From: Candidatus Saccharimonadota bacterium
Lineage (GTDB): Bacteria; Patescibacteriota; Gracilibacteria; UBA1369; 2-02-FULL-48-14
Direction of reading: 5' to 3'
Assembly (NCBI GenBank): GCA_016699145.1
Contig: CP064962.1
Coordinates: 1,290,001 to 1,322,000 of the forward strand
DNA: 32,000 nucleotides
This document shows positions 15,722-23,370 of the stretch, one piece after another. The position numbers and the translations under genes were made by a program. Numbering within the stretch: position 1 is the first letter of the stretch; every line of letters begins with the position of its first letter. The notes under the pieces were generated by a model. That model was not told where the DNA came from and ran no database searches. It saw nothing but the letters and a program-made list of their open reading frames with translations.

Positions 15722-16270
15722 TTATTTCTTCTTAACCTGATCAAAGTCGAGTTCCACAGGCGTTTCACGTCCGAAAATCGTGATCATCACTTTCACTTTA
15801 CCCTTTTCATCATCAATGGTGTTGACCACTCCTTCATAACCTGCAAAAGGTCCATCCAAAACCATGACCAAATCGGTCTTGGAAAGGCTAATTTTAAACT
15901 TGGGAGCATTGTCATCTTCCAAATAACGAGAAATCACACCAAACTCTTCGGCAGAAACAGGAACAGGGATGGTTCCGCTGCCCACAAAGCCGGTCACGTT
16001 GGGAGTGTTACGAACCACATACCAAGATTCGTCATCCACCATCATATCCACCAGTACATAACCAGGGAAAAGGCGTTTTTTTTCAGTTTTCGGCTTTCCT
16101 TTTTTCACTACAATTTGAGTTTCTTTAGGCACAATCACATCAAAAATCTTATCTTGCATGTTCATGGATTCGATACGCTGCAAAAGCGCCTCTCGAACCG
16201 CATCTTCATACCCGCTATAAGTATGGATGACATACCAGTGACGACCGGTGTTTTTAGCCTGTTTAGCCAT
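15722..16270 (-). CDS. nusG: Transcription termination/antitermination factor NusG
   Basis: WYVIHTYSGYE marks the NGN domain and GPFAGYEGVV the KOW motif. Confidence 0.92.
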   Translation of the reverse strand: MAKQAKNTGRHWYVIHTYSGYEDAVREALLQRIESMNMQDKIFDVIVPKETQIVVKKGKPKTEKKRLFPGYVLVDMMVDDESWYVVRNTPNVTGFVGSGTIPVPVSAEEFGVISRYLEDDNAPKFKISLSKTDLVMVLDGPFAGYEGVVNTIDDEKGKVKVMITIFGRETPVELDFDQVKKK

Positions 16271-16276
16271 AAAAAA

Positions 16277-16501
16277 TTAGGAAGAAAATTGTTCAAGAAC
16301 CCATTGATAAAGAGCGCTGAGACCGAAGTCGTAAGCGCCGAGCACAAGGGCGAAAAGAAGGGAAACGGCCACTACGATGCCCGTAAGGAGAGCGGCTTGT
16401 TCTTTGGTGGGCCAGGTGACCTTGCCAAATTCCTCAAAAGCTCCGACAAAGTAAGCCACAATGGGGTTCTTTGATTCGGAAGCGGATTTTTTTGCGTCCA
16501 T
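16277..16501 (-). CDS. secE: Preprotein translocase subunit SecE
   Basis: The 74-aa product MDAKKSASESKNPIVAYFVGAFEEFGKVTWPTKEQ... has a single C-terminal TM helix and sits directly upstream of nusG. The longer ORF to 16951 is a non-homologous extension running antisense to the next gene. Confidence 0.85.
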   Translation of the reverse strand: MDAKKSASESKNPIVAYFVGAFEEFGKVTWPTKEQAALLTGIVVAVSLLFALVLGAYDFGLSALYQWVLEQFSS

Positions 16502-16600
16502 AGTAACGTGAGTTATGCCAAAAAAGCCTTGGGGCTTCATGACAAGTTCCATTAAACAGCAAATGGAGCATAAAAAGCAAGTGCTTTCTTTCCTGTTTTG

Positions 16601-16609
16601 TGCTAAAAT
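16601..16609 (+). promoter_or_regulatory. Candidate extended -10 element (TGcTAAAAT) for the pilin-like/PKD operon
   Basis: TG at 16601-16602 and TAAAAT at 16604-16609 lie in an AT-rich stretch 20 nt upstream of the ATG at 16629. I found no good -35. Confidence 0.3.
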
Positions 16610-16628
16610 AATAAGAATAAATAAACGT

Positions 16629-17561
16629 ATGGCCTTCAAAATAGGTAAAAAACACCTTTGCAGCTTCTTGCTTTCGGTCGTGCTCGCCCTAGTCTTGAAC
16701 CTTACGCTGGGGGCCCTGCCCACCGCTTTTGCCAGCAGCTTTCTGCCTCTTCCTGGCACCGAAGGTTTGAACATTGCCACGCCTGAAGGAAACACGGCCA
16801 TAGAAAAACTGGAAAACTTTTTAGGCCCCTTCGCTCGCAATTTGCGCATCATTTTAGGGGGACTCGCCGTACTTTTCATTGTAGTTTCAGGGTTCACAAT
16901 GGTGGTTTCCGGCGACAACGAAGAAACTGCAAAAACGCAAAGAAAATCCATTGTTTACGGCTGCATCGGCCTCATGATGATCAGCATTGCCGGGCCCATC
17001 GCAGAGGTTTTTGACTACCGACAGGGCAATTTCATCAGCGATCCCTCGGACTTCACGGAGCGGGTCCGAATTTTTGACAATGTCACTCAACTCATCATCA
17101 CTTTCCTCAAATATCTTTTAGGAGGACTCGCCACGCTCATGGCCGTTCGGGCGGGAGCCATGCTCGTGATGTCAGGGGACAATGACGACGACGTGAGTAA
17201 GGCAAAAAAACAACTCACGCTCAGTCTAGCGGGTTTGATGCTCATTTTCGTTTCCAATTTGGTGATCCGTCGTATTTTCTATGTTGCCACTTACAGCACC
17301 AATGCCGAAGCCACCATCGTGCAACTGGACCAAAACGAATTCATTCGCCAACTCGTGGCTGTCACCAATTTGATGATCAGTTTCTTAGGCCCCATCATGA
17401 TGCTGGGCATTGTGATTGGAGGCTTCCTTTACGTGACTTCTCAAGGGGAAGAAGAAAAGACGGGTCTCGCCAAAAAAATCATCACCAATTCCATCATTGG
17501 AATCGTCATTATTTATGGAGCTTTTGCCCTTGTTTCAACTCTTATTGCAGGTCAATTCTAA
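16629..17561 (+). CDS. Secreted/polytopic membrane protein built from three tandem two-TM pilin-like hairpin modules (TrbC/VirB2-like, T4SS_pilin-type as I recall the family)
   Basis: It has a signal peptide, MAFKIGKKHLCSFLLSVVLALVLNLTLGALPTAFA. The three modules lie at nt 16842-17012, 17103-17279 and 17370-17546. Each is a hydrophobic helix, then (V/M/T)S(G/Q)(D/G)(N/E)(E/D)-x-(K)AKK, then a second hydrophobic helix, for example IGGFLYVTSQGEEEKTGLAKKIITNSIIGIVIIYGAFAL. ATG at 16629 is preferred over 16515 because the signal peptide begins there. Confidence 0.7.
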   Translation: MAFKIGKKHLCSFLLSVVLALVLNLTLGALPTAFASSFLPLPGTEGLNIATPEGNTAIEKLENFLGPFARNLRIILGGLAVLFIVVSGFTMVVSGDNEETAKTQRKSIVYGCIGLMMISIAGPIAEVFDYRQGNFISDPSDFTERVRIFDNVTQLIITFLKYLLGGLATLMAVRAGAMLVMSGDNDDDVSKAKKQLTLSLAGLMLIFVSNLVIRRIFYVATYSTNAEATIVQLDQNEFIRQLVAVTNLMISFLGPIMMLGIVIGGFLYVTSQGEEEKTGLAKKIITNSIIGIVIIYGAFALVSTLIAGQF

Positions 17562-17564
17562 TTC

Positions 17565-18506
17565 ATGAAAAAAATCCTCTTCACTTTCGCCCTCGCTGTG
17601 CTCGCCTCCACCGCACCCCATGTGGCAGCCACGAGCATTCAATTCCAAGAAATTTTGGATGATTTTCAAGAAGACGTAGCCAGCGAAAGTCAAGATGTGC
17701 AAGAAGGAGCAGAAGGCATCACCTTGCCCAATTTCAGTGAAGATGCTGAGGAAGGGGCCGACATCATTGTGTTGACCATCCGCCGTTTTTTGGACTTTTT
17801 TAAACTGATTGTGGCTCCTTTTGCCGTGCTGTTCGCCGTCATCATGGGGGTACGCATGGTCTCTGCAGGTCAAGAAAATGAAGAAGTGGCAGGACAAGCA
17901 AAAAATTTCATCCGCTACGCCTTGGAAGGTCTCATCATTATTTTTATGTCCGATTCCATTGTGAATGTGATGTTTGGCGCCGAAGGAGAAGTCTTCAGAG
18001 AAGGACAAGCGGGAGTGCAAGAGTTTGCAACGCGCAGCAGCAATCTTTTTAAAGGGATTTATACTTTGGTTCAAACCGTCATCGCCTCCATTGCCGTCTT
18101 TGTACTGGTCATGGCCGGGATGCGTTACGTGGTGGGTTCCACCAGTGACGACCAAATCGGTAAAGCCAAAAATCAGATCAAATGGGCCTTTGTGGGTCTT
18201 TTTGTGATTGGGATTTCTGAATTTGTGGTCAAAGATATCCTCTTTGAAAACTATGGACAAACTCTGGGAATCGAATCCGCCAAAGAACTCTTTGTGGATC
18301 TCACCAATTTTGTTTCAGGCACTTTGGGAACCTTGGCTTTCGTCATGCTCATTTACGCAGGTTTTTTATACCTCACCGCTTCTCAAAACGAGGACAATGC
18401 CGCTAAAGCCAAGAAGATCATTTTTGCCGCTTTGATTGGAATTGTGATCGCCATTTCGGCCTTTGCCATCACAAACACCTTTGTGGAGCTTGATGCTTCC
18501 CGATAA
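17565..18506 (+). CDS. Paralogous triple pilin-like hairpin membrane protein
   Basis: It has a signal peptide, MKKILFTFALAVLASTAPHVAA, followed by an acidic N-terminal region. The modules lie at nt 17796-17975, 18066-18245 and 18309-18485, for example IYAGFLYLTASQNEDNAAKAKKIIFAALIGIVIAISAFAI. It starts 3 nt after the upstream stop. Confidence 0.7.
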   Translation: MKKILFTFALAVLASTAPHVAATSIQFQEILDDFQEDVASESQDVQEGAEGITLPNFSEDAEEGADIIVLTIRRFLDFFKLIVAPFAVLFAVIMGVRMVSAGQENEEVAGQAKNFIRYALEGLIIIFMSDSIVNVMFGAEGEVFREGQAGVQEFATRSSNLFKGIYTLVQTVIASIAVFVLVMAGMRYVVGSTSDDQIGKAKNQIKWAFVGLFVIGISEFVVKDILFENYGQTLGIESAKELFVDLTNFVSGTLGTLAFVMLIYAGFLYLTASQNEDNAAKAKKIIFAALIGIVIAISAFAITNTFVELDASR

Positions 18507-18520
18507 CTCTCTATAATACT

Positions 18521-21500
18521 ATGGAAAGAATCCTCGCCATGACTTTAAAACCTCGTACCTTTCTCGCGACCCTGCTCCTCTTGAGCGGTCTCCTAACGGC
18601 CGTTCCGGTGGCTCAAGCCATCAGCGTTCCCATTGGGGATCAAGACTTGGAACAAGGGGATTTACAACCTGAAGATTGTGCCAATTTGGATGAAAGCTTA
18701 GCGGGTGCATTTGGCTGTGACACCAGCGATACCGTCACCGATTTTGTGGACTTCACCGGGGAATTGGAAGGACCCGATGCCGCCGGTTACGACGAAGCTC
18801 TCACCGAAAACACCAATGCGCGCGATTTCATTCAATCCGTCGTCAACTTTGCACTTTCTTTTGTGGGACTGATTTGTGTGGTCACCGTCATTTACGGAGG
18901 TCTCTTGTATGTGACCAGCCGTGGGGACGAAGAGCAAACCTCCAAAGCCAAAAAAGCCATCACTTATTCAGTGATTGGAATTGTGATCATCATGGGGTCC
19001 TTTGCCTTTGTGAACACCATTTTGCAGGTGGGCGGCGGGGGAAGCACAGGAGACGGCAACGGCACGGCTTTGAATGGAGAGACCATCAATGAATCGGGCG
19101 CCGCCTTCGACGTGAAAGACGTGCTCGACGAAATCGAACAAATCACCGAAGAATATGTGGAAGCCTATCAAACCTTGCTCGCAGTGAATAAAGAAGTGTC
19201 CTCGATGCAAGCCTTAGAAATGCCCGTAGTGGTGGAAGTGACAGAAAGGGAAAGAAGTTTAGGAGGAGTGATCGACTTCACCACCGAATATTTTACCGGT
19301 GAAGACGACGATTTCGCCGACACCTATACGGTTTTGGAAGAAGCGAGAGTGGATGCTTACACCACCAGCCTCGCTCGTGCCGCTCAAAACATCATGTCCG
19401 AAACCGATGCCCTGAGTGACACTTATGAAGACGCTTATCAATTGTATCAATATTTGCAATACGGCAGCCGAAATTTTGTGGCAGACGGTGACCCTGAGGC
19501 AGAGGCGTGTAACACGCTGAGTTTCAACGTTCGCGATAGAGAAGTGAATGGGAATTTGGGCTGGACCCGAACCGATGCCGAGGTGCAAGTGGTGGATCCT
19601 TACATTTGCAACTACATTGCCGCCATTTTGCAAAGCGCGGAATCCGACTACTTAGAAGTGATTGGAGATTCAGGTGTGGGGCTCATCGGTCGCTTTGAAG
19701 AATTGAAAGCGCTTTTCGACGTCAGTGAAAATGCAAGCGGTTCCAATCTCACCGGCATTGTGATGGCTTTGTCCAACGCACAAACCGCTTTGACCAATGC
19801 AAAAACCGTGATCAGCAACAGCACTATTCAAGAGATCCAATACGCTATGAACGAGCTTTATGAATTGGTGAAAAATGTCGAATTCGTTCAAGTGAGACTC
19901 ACCGCTACGGTGGTGGAGGGCAATGCGCCTTTGTTGGTGCGTTTTGATATTTTGGGTACGGAAGATCCCAGCGGAAACACAGTGGAAGATGCTCAAATTC
20001 AATGGGATTTGGATGGAAATGGAGTTTATGACGAAGCCGCAGTGGGTGAAGATTTAGGCGCAGATTCCATCAGTTACATTTTTGATCAAGCAGGCACTTA
20101 TAGAGTCAAAGTACGGGTGCTCAGTTCAGAACCCGACATTGCAGCAGGAGTTTCCACAGTGAGCATTCGAGTGCAGCCCGCAAAATCCCTCATCGTCATC
20201 AACGCCACAGTCGGTTCCAATGGCCCTCAAGCCATCGCCAACTTCATTCAGTCGCCAGCCATCAATAAGCCCAAGTTCAAAGTCACGGCCTCGGAAGCCT
20301 CCTCAGAAGCAGGGATTTTATTCGACGCCTCAGAAAGCACTGATGGAGAAGGAAACGTGTCTGGAATTCGCTATTATGAATGGGACTTTGGGGACAATGA
20401 AACAGAAGCCGGCAATTTTGAGCAAGCGGCCACCATTCGTCATTTCTATGCTCAAGAAGGAGTCTATGACGTGTCGCTGACCGTCACCGATCAAGATGGC
20501 GTGAAAGACAGCAAATACTTTAAACTTTACGTTGCCACCCCTGCAGCTCGCATCAATGCGTCTCCGGCCCTGGGCATCGCAGGCACGACCTTCACCTTAG
20601 ATGGATCTTCCTCCACCGCGGATGTCGGTTCGATTCGAAACTATCAATGGTCAGTGAGCAAGCAAGGAGGCGCCGCCATAAACCTTTCTCAAAACACCGG
20701 AAGCAGCATTCAAGTCACTTTAAACGAGCCTGGAATTTATGATGTGAACCTGAACGTATCCGACACTTCCTCTAAATCGGATGCAGCCACCGCCTTCGTG
20801 GTGGTGGAATCTCAAGCTCCTGTGGTGACTTACACCTATGAAATTGAAAATGAAAATCAGCCCTCCATTGTCACTTTCGACGCTCGAAACAGTTACGATC
20901 CCGACCCCAACGACCGCTTGGAATTTTCTTGGGATTTCGGCGGCTTTGAAGGGGAGGATTACATCATTCTAGAAGAATCGGAAGATCAATCGGAAGTCAC
21001 CGTTCAATTCTTAGACACCGGGGCTTACACCGTGCTGCTCACGGGTCACGATCAACACCCGCAGGCCATTCAAAAAAGCGACACAGCCACCGCCACCATT
21101 CAGGTGAATTCTATTTTGGATGTCGACCTCACAGTGAGCGGAGATGAAGCGCGGCATTTGAACCAAGATGGAGAAGCCGAAGTGGAATTCACTGCAGAAA
21201 GTGAATTCGGCTCCGCCTTTCAAATTGAATATGGAGACGGGGAAGTGGATTTTACCGACACACTCACCAATGGAAGAGCCATTTTCACTCATACTTACAA
21301 GCAAGCGGGGGTCTTTTATGTGAAACTCACCACCTACGATGACTCCGAACAGGAAGAAACCAACACCGACACTGTTCGTGTCTACATTGGCTCGGGCAAC
21401 GCCCCCATTGCCGTGATTGGAATTGGAGCCGAAAACACCGACATCGGTACAGGGCCCAGTTTTGTGGGCAGCGTGAAAACAACCTTCACCTTCTCTGCAA

Positions 21501-23368
21501 GCAATTCTGTGAATGTGGACGGCAGCAATCAAAACCTAACTTACAGTTGGAATTTTGGAGATGGCAGCACGGCGAATCAAGCGACCGTTACCCATAAATT
21601 TACAGAAAAAGCCACCTACAACGTCACCCTCACTGTGAAAGATAAAAACGACCCCAGCATCAGTGATGAAGCCGTGGTTCCCATTCAAATTCAAGGCATT
21701 GAGCCCAAAATCCAAAGCATTTCAGTGGTTCCCGTAAGCACCACCGAACTCACCACACCCCTCAAGGTCAACGTCTCGGTTACTGCTTCTGATGACGATG
21801 GAAAAATCACTTACATAAGAGGCTGGTATTACGACTTGGACGATTCCGCCACTCCACTCGGAACCGTGATTTCAGAATCCGGAAACTTCACTCTCACGCT
21901 CAACACCAACGGAGAAGAAGGTGAAAATAAAGAATACGGTTTTGCCGTGGAAGTCACCGACAACGACAACCAAACAGTGTCCAGTTTTGATCAACTCGAT
22001 CCCGCAGACATCCCCACGCTTTCTGTCATCAACGGGCCCAACGACAGTCCCGTAGCCTCTTTTTCAGTGGATAAATCTTCTCGTTACGTGGGGGAAGAAG
22101 TCACCTTTTCAAGCCTTTCTTACGACCCCGATGGAGAAATCGTGACCTACTGGTGGGACATTGAAGGCGATGGATTTTACAACAATGAGCCGACCCAAGT
22201 CAGCTCCTACACTTATGAATTTTCTCAAGTGCACAGTGAAGGCATCCCCGTGCGCTTAAAAGTGGAAGACAGTGCGGGCGCTACGGCTGAATCCGAACCC
22301 GTGATGATTTATGTGGACTCTTTGGCAGAAGATCCTGATGCCAAGTTTTTAACCGACATCGATGGCACTTATGTTCAGTTCCGTAACAATTCTTTTGTCG
22401 ACAGTGAAAACGGCGCAGAACTCGCCGGCACGTATTGGGATTTTGACCTGCAAAACGACAGCGATGGCAATGGAGTCAAAGACGACGACTTCGATTCTTT
22501 TGAAGAAAATCCCACATACAATTACGAAGAATTCGGTGTTTATAAAGTCAAAATGACCGTGGTGGACACCGTTGGACAAAGCGACACCGTGACGCAAGAC
22601 ATTGAAGTCAAAGAAACCGCCGCACCCGTGGCTGCCTTCACCTTCACCGTAGATGAAAAAAACGTTACTTTTAGGAACACCAGCACCGTGGACACCGAAC
22701 ATGGAGTGGACGTGCGCACTTACGCCTGGGATTTCGACACCACTCTAGATTCCAATGGCGATTCAGAAACGGACAATGACACTGATGCAGAATTGAAAAA
22801 CCCAAGCCACGAATACGCGGATTACGGCACTTATGAAGTGACCCTCACCGTGGTGGATACCTATGGAAAAATCGACACGGTCACTCAAACGGTGGAAATT
22901 GAAAATCCCATTCAAGCCTTGAATGCCATCTTAAGCAGCGTGCCTCAAGCCAATTCTTTGTCTCAAATTCTATTGAGGCAAGATGGCCAAGAAGTCAGTT
23001 TCTATTTTGGAGCCGAAGGGGGCAGTGAAGACTATCATTTCAGCTTGGATAAAAACATTTTTTACGACAGCAACGCGGATGGAATACGCGACAACGACGA
23101 AGATTACAGCTCTTCTTCACCGGGTTCTTGGAAAACTCCTTTCTTCATTTCTTACGGACAAATCGTGACCAAACTCACCGTAACCGACAATGAAACCGGC
23201 GACAGAGACATCAGCACCCTTCAAGTGGTCTTTGAAGGACACTTGGGAAGTGCTAATCTGTTCAATGCCACGCCCAAACAAATGGCACTGCTCATCTTGA
23301 GCGCCGCACTCACGGCTGCACTTGGAGTGAGCATGGCCTTTCGTTACAAACCTTTACCACGCCGCTAA
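18521..23368 (+). CDS. Giant (1615 aa) surface protein: signal peptide, one pilin-like hairpin module, ~290-aa helical region, ~11 PKD-like domains, C-terminal TM anchor
   Basis: The signal peptide is LATLLLLSGLLTAVPVAQA. The hairpin module at nt 18848-19024 reads IYGGLLYVTSRGDEEQTSKAKKAITYSVIGIVIIMGSFAF. PKD-type motifs recur (YEWDFGDN, YSWNFGDGSTANQATVTHKFTEKATYNVTLTVKD, YAWDFD...). The C-terminal sequence is MALLILSAALTAALGVSMAFRYKPLPRR. Confidence 0.8.
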   Translation: MERILAMTLKPRTFLATLLLLSGLLTAVPVAQAISVPIGDQDLEQGDLQPEDCANLDESLAGAFGCDTSDTVTDFVDFTGELEGPDAAGYDEALTENTNARDFIQSVVNFALSFVGLICVVTVIYGGLLYVTSRGDEEQTSKAKKAITYSVIGIVIIMGSFAFVNTILQVGGGGSTGDGNGTALNGETINESGAAFDVKDVLDEIEQITEEYVEAYQTLLAVNKEVSSMQALEMPVVVEVTERERSLGGVIDFTTEYFTGEDDDFADTYTVLEEARVDAYTTSLARAAQNIMSETDALSDTYEDAYQLYQYLQYGSRNFVADGDPEAEACNTLSFNVRDREVNGNLGWTRTDAEVQVVDPYICNYIAAILQSAESDYLEVIGDSGVGLIGRFEELKALFDVSENASGSNLTGIVMALSNAQTALTNAKTVISNSTIQEIQYAMNELYELVKNVEFVQVRLTATVVEGNAPLLVRFDILGTEDPSGNTVEDAQIQWDLDGNGVYDEAAVGEDLGADSISYIFDQAGTYRVKVRVLSSEPDIAAGVSTVSIRVQPAKSLIVINATVGSNGPQAIANFIQSPAINKPKFKVTASEASSEAGILFDASESTDGEGNVSGIRYYEWDFGDNETEAGNFEQAATIRHFYAQEGVYDVSLTVTDQDGVKDSKYFKLYVATPAARINASPALGIAGTTFTLDGSSSTADVGSIRNYQWSVSKQGGAAINLSQNTGSSIQVTLNEPGIYDVNLNVSDTSSKSDAATAFVVVESQAPVVTYTYEIENENQPSIVTFDARNSYDPDPNDRLEFSWDFGGFEGEDYIILEESEDQSEVTVQFLDTGAYTVLLTGHDQHPQAIQKSDTATATIQVNSILDVDLTVSGDEARHLNQDGEAEVEFTAESEFGSAFQIEYGDGEVDFTDTLTNGRAIFTHTYKQAGVFYVKLTTYDDSEQEETNTDTVRVYIGSGNAPIAVIGIGAENTDIGTGPSFVGSVKTTFTFSASNSVNVDGSNQNLTYSWNFGDGSTANQATVTHKFTEKATYNVTLTVKDKNDPSISDEAVVPIQIQGIEPKIQSISVVPVSTTELTTPLKVNVSVTASDDDGKITYIRGWYYDLDDSATPLGTVISESGNFTLTLNTNGEEGENKEYGFAVEVTDNDNQTVSSFDQLDPADIPTLSVINGPNDSPVASFSVDKSSRYVGEEVTFSSLSYDPDGEIVTYWWDIEGDGFYNNEPTQVSSYTYEFSQVHSEGIPVRLKVEDSAGATAESEPVMIYVDSLAEDPDAKFLTDIDGTYVQFRNNSFVDSENGAELAGTYWDFDLQNDSDGNGVKDDDFDSFEENPTYNYEEFGVYKVKMTVVDTVGQSDTVTQDIEVKETAAPVAAFTFTVDEKNVTFRNTSTVDTEHGVDVRTYAWDFDTTLDSNGDSETDNDTDAELKNPSHEYADYGTYEVTLTVVDTYGKIDTVTQTVEIENPIQALNAILSSVPQANSLSQILLRQDGQEVSFYFGAEGGSEDYHFSLDKNIFYDSNADGIRDNDEDYSSSSPGSWKTPFFISYGQIVTKLTVTDNETGDRDISTLQVVFEGHLGSANLFNATPKQMALLILSAALTAALGVSMAFRYKPLPRR
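19895..23236 (+). repeat. Array of ~11 PKD-like Ig-fold domains (protein-level repeats, diverged at DNA level)
   Basis: I counted by hand the recurrence of W-x-(F/L)-(G/D)-(D/G) ... Y-x-V-x-L-x-V-x-D blocks roughly every 85-110 aa. Confidence 0.7.
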
Positions 23369-23370
23369 TT

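Noticed and set aside
15713-16474. 253-aa plus-strand ORF overlapping nusG and secE
   Set aside because: It runs antisense to two genes with unmistakable homology (NusG, SecE). Its translation is low-complexity and His/Phe/Arg-rich, as is typical of shadow ORFs.
16519-16537. Hairpin AAGCC-ccaa-GGCTT followed by TTTT on the minus strand, in the secE 5' region (possible attenuator or terminator)
   Set aside because: The stem is only 5 bp, no upstream minus-strand gene needs terminating, and the structure is not strong enough to call.
16502-16951. Upstream extension of the secE ORF to 224 aa
   Set aside because: Only the last 74 aa look like SecE. The extension overlaps the signal-peptide-encoding start of the divergent pilin-like gene and has no membrane or SecE features.
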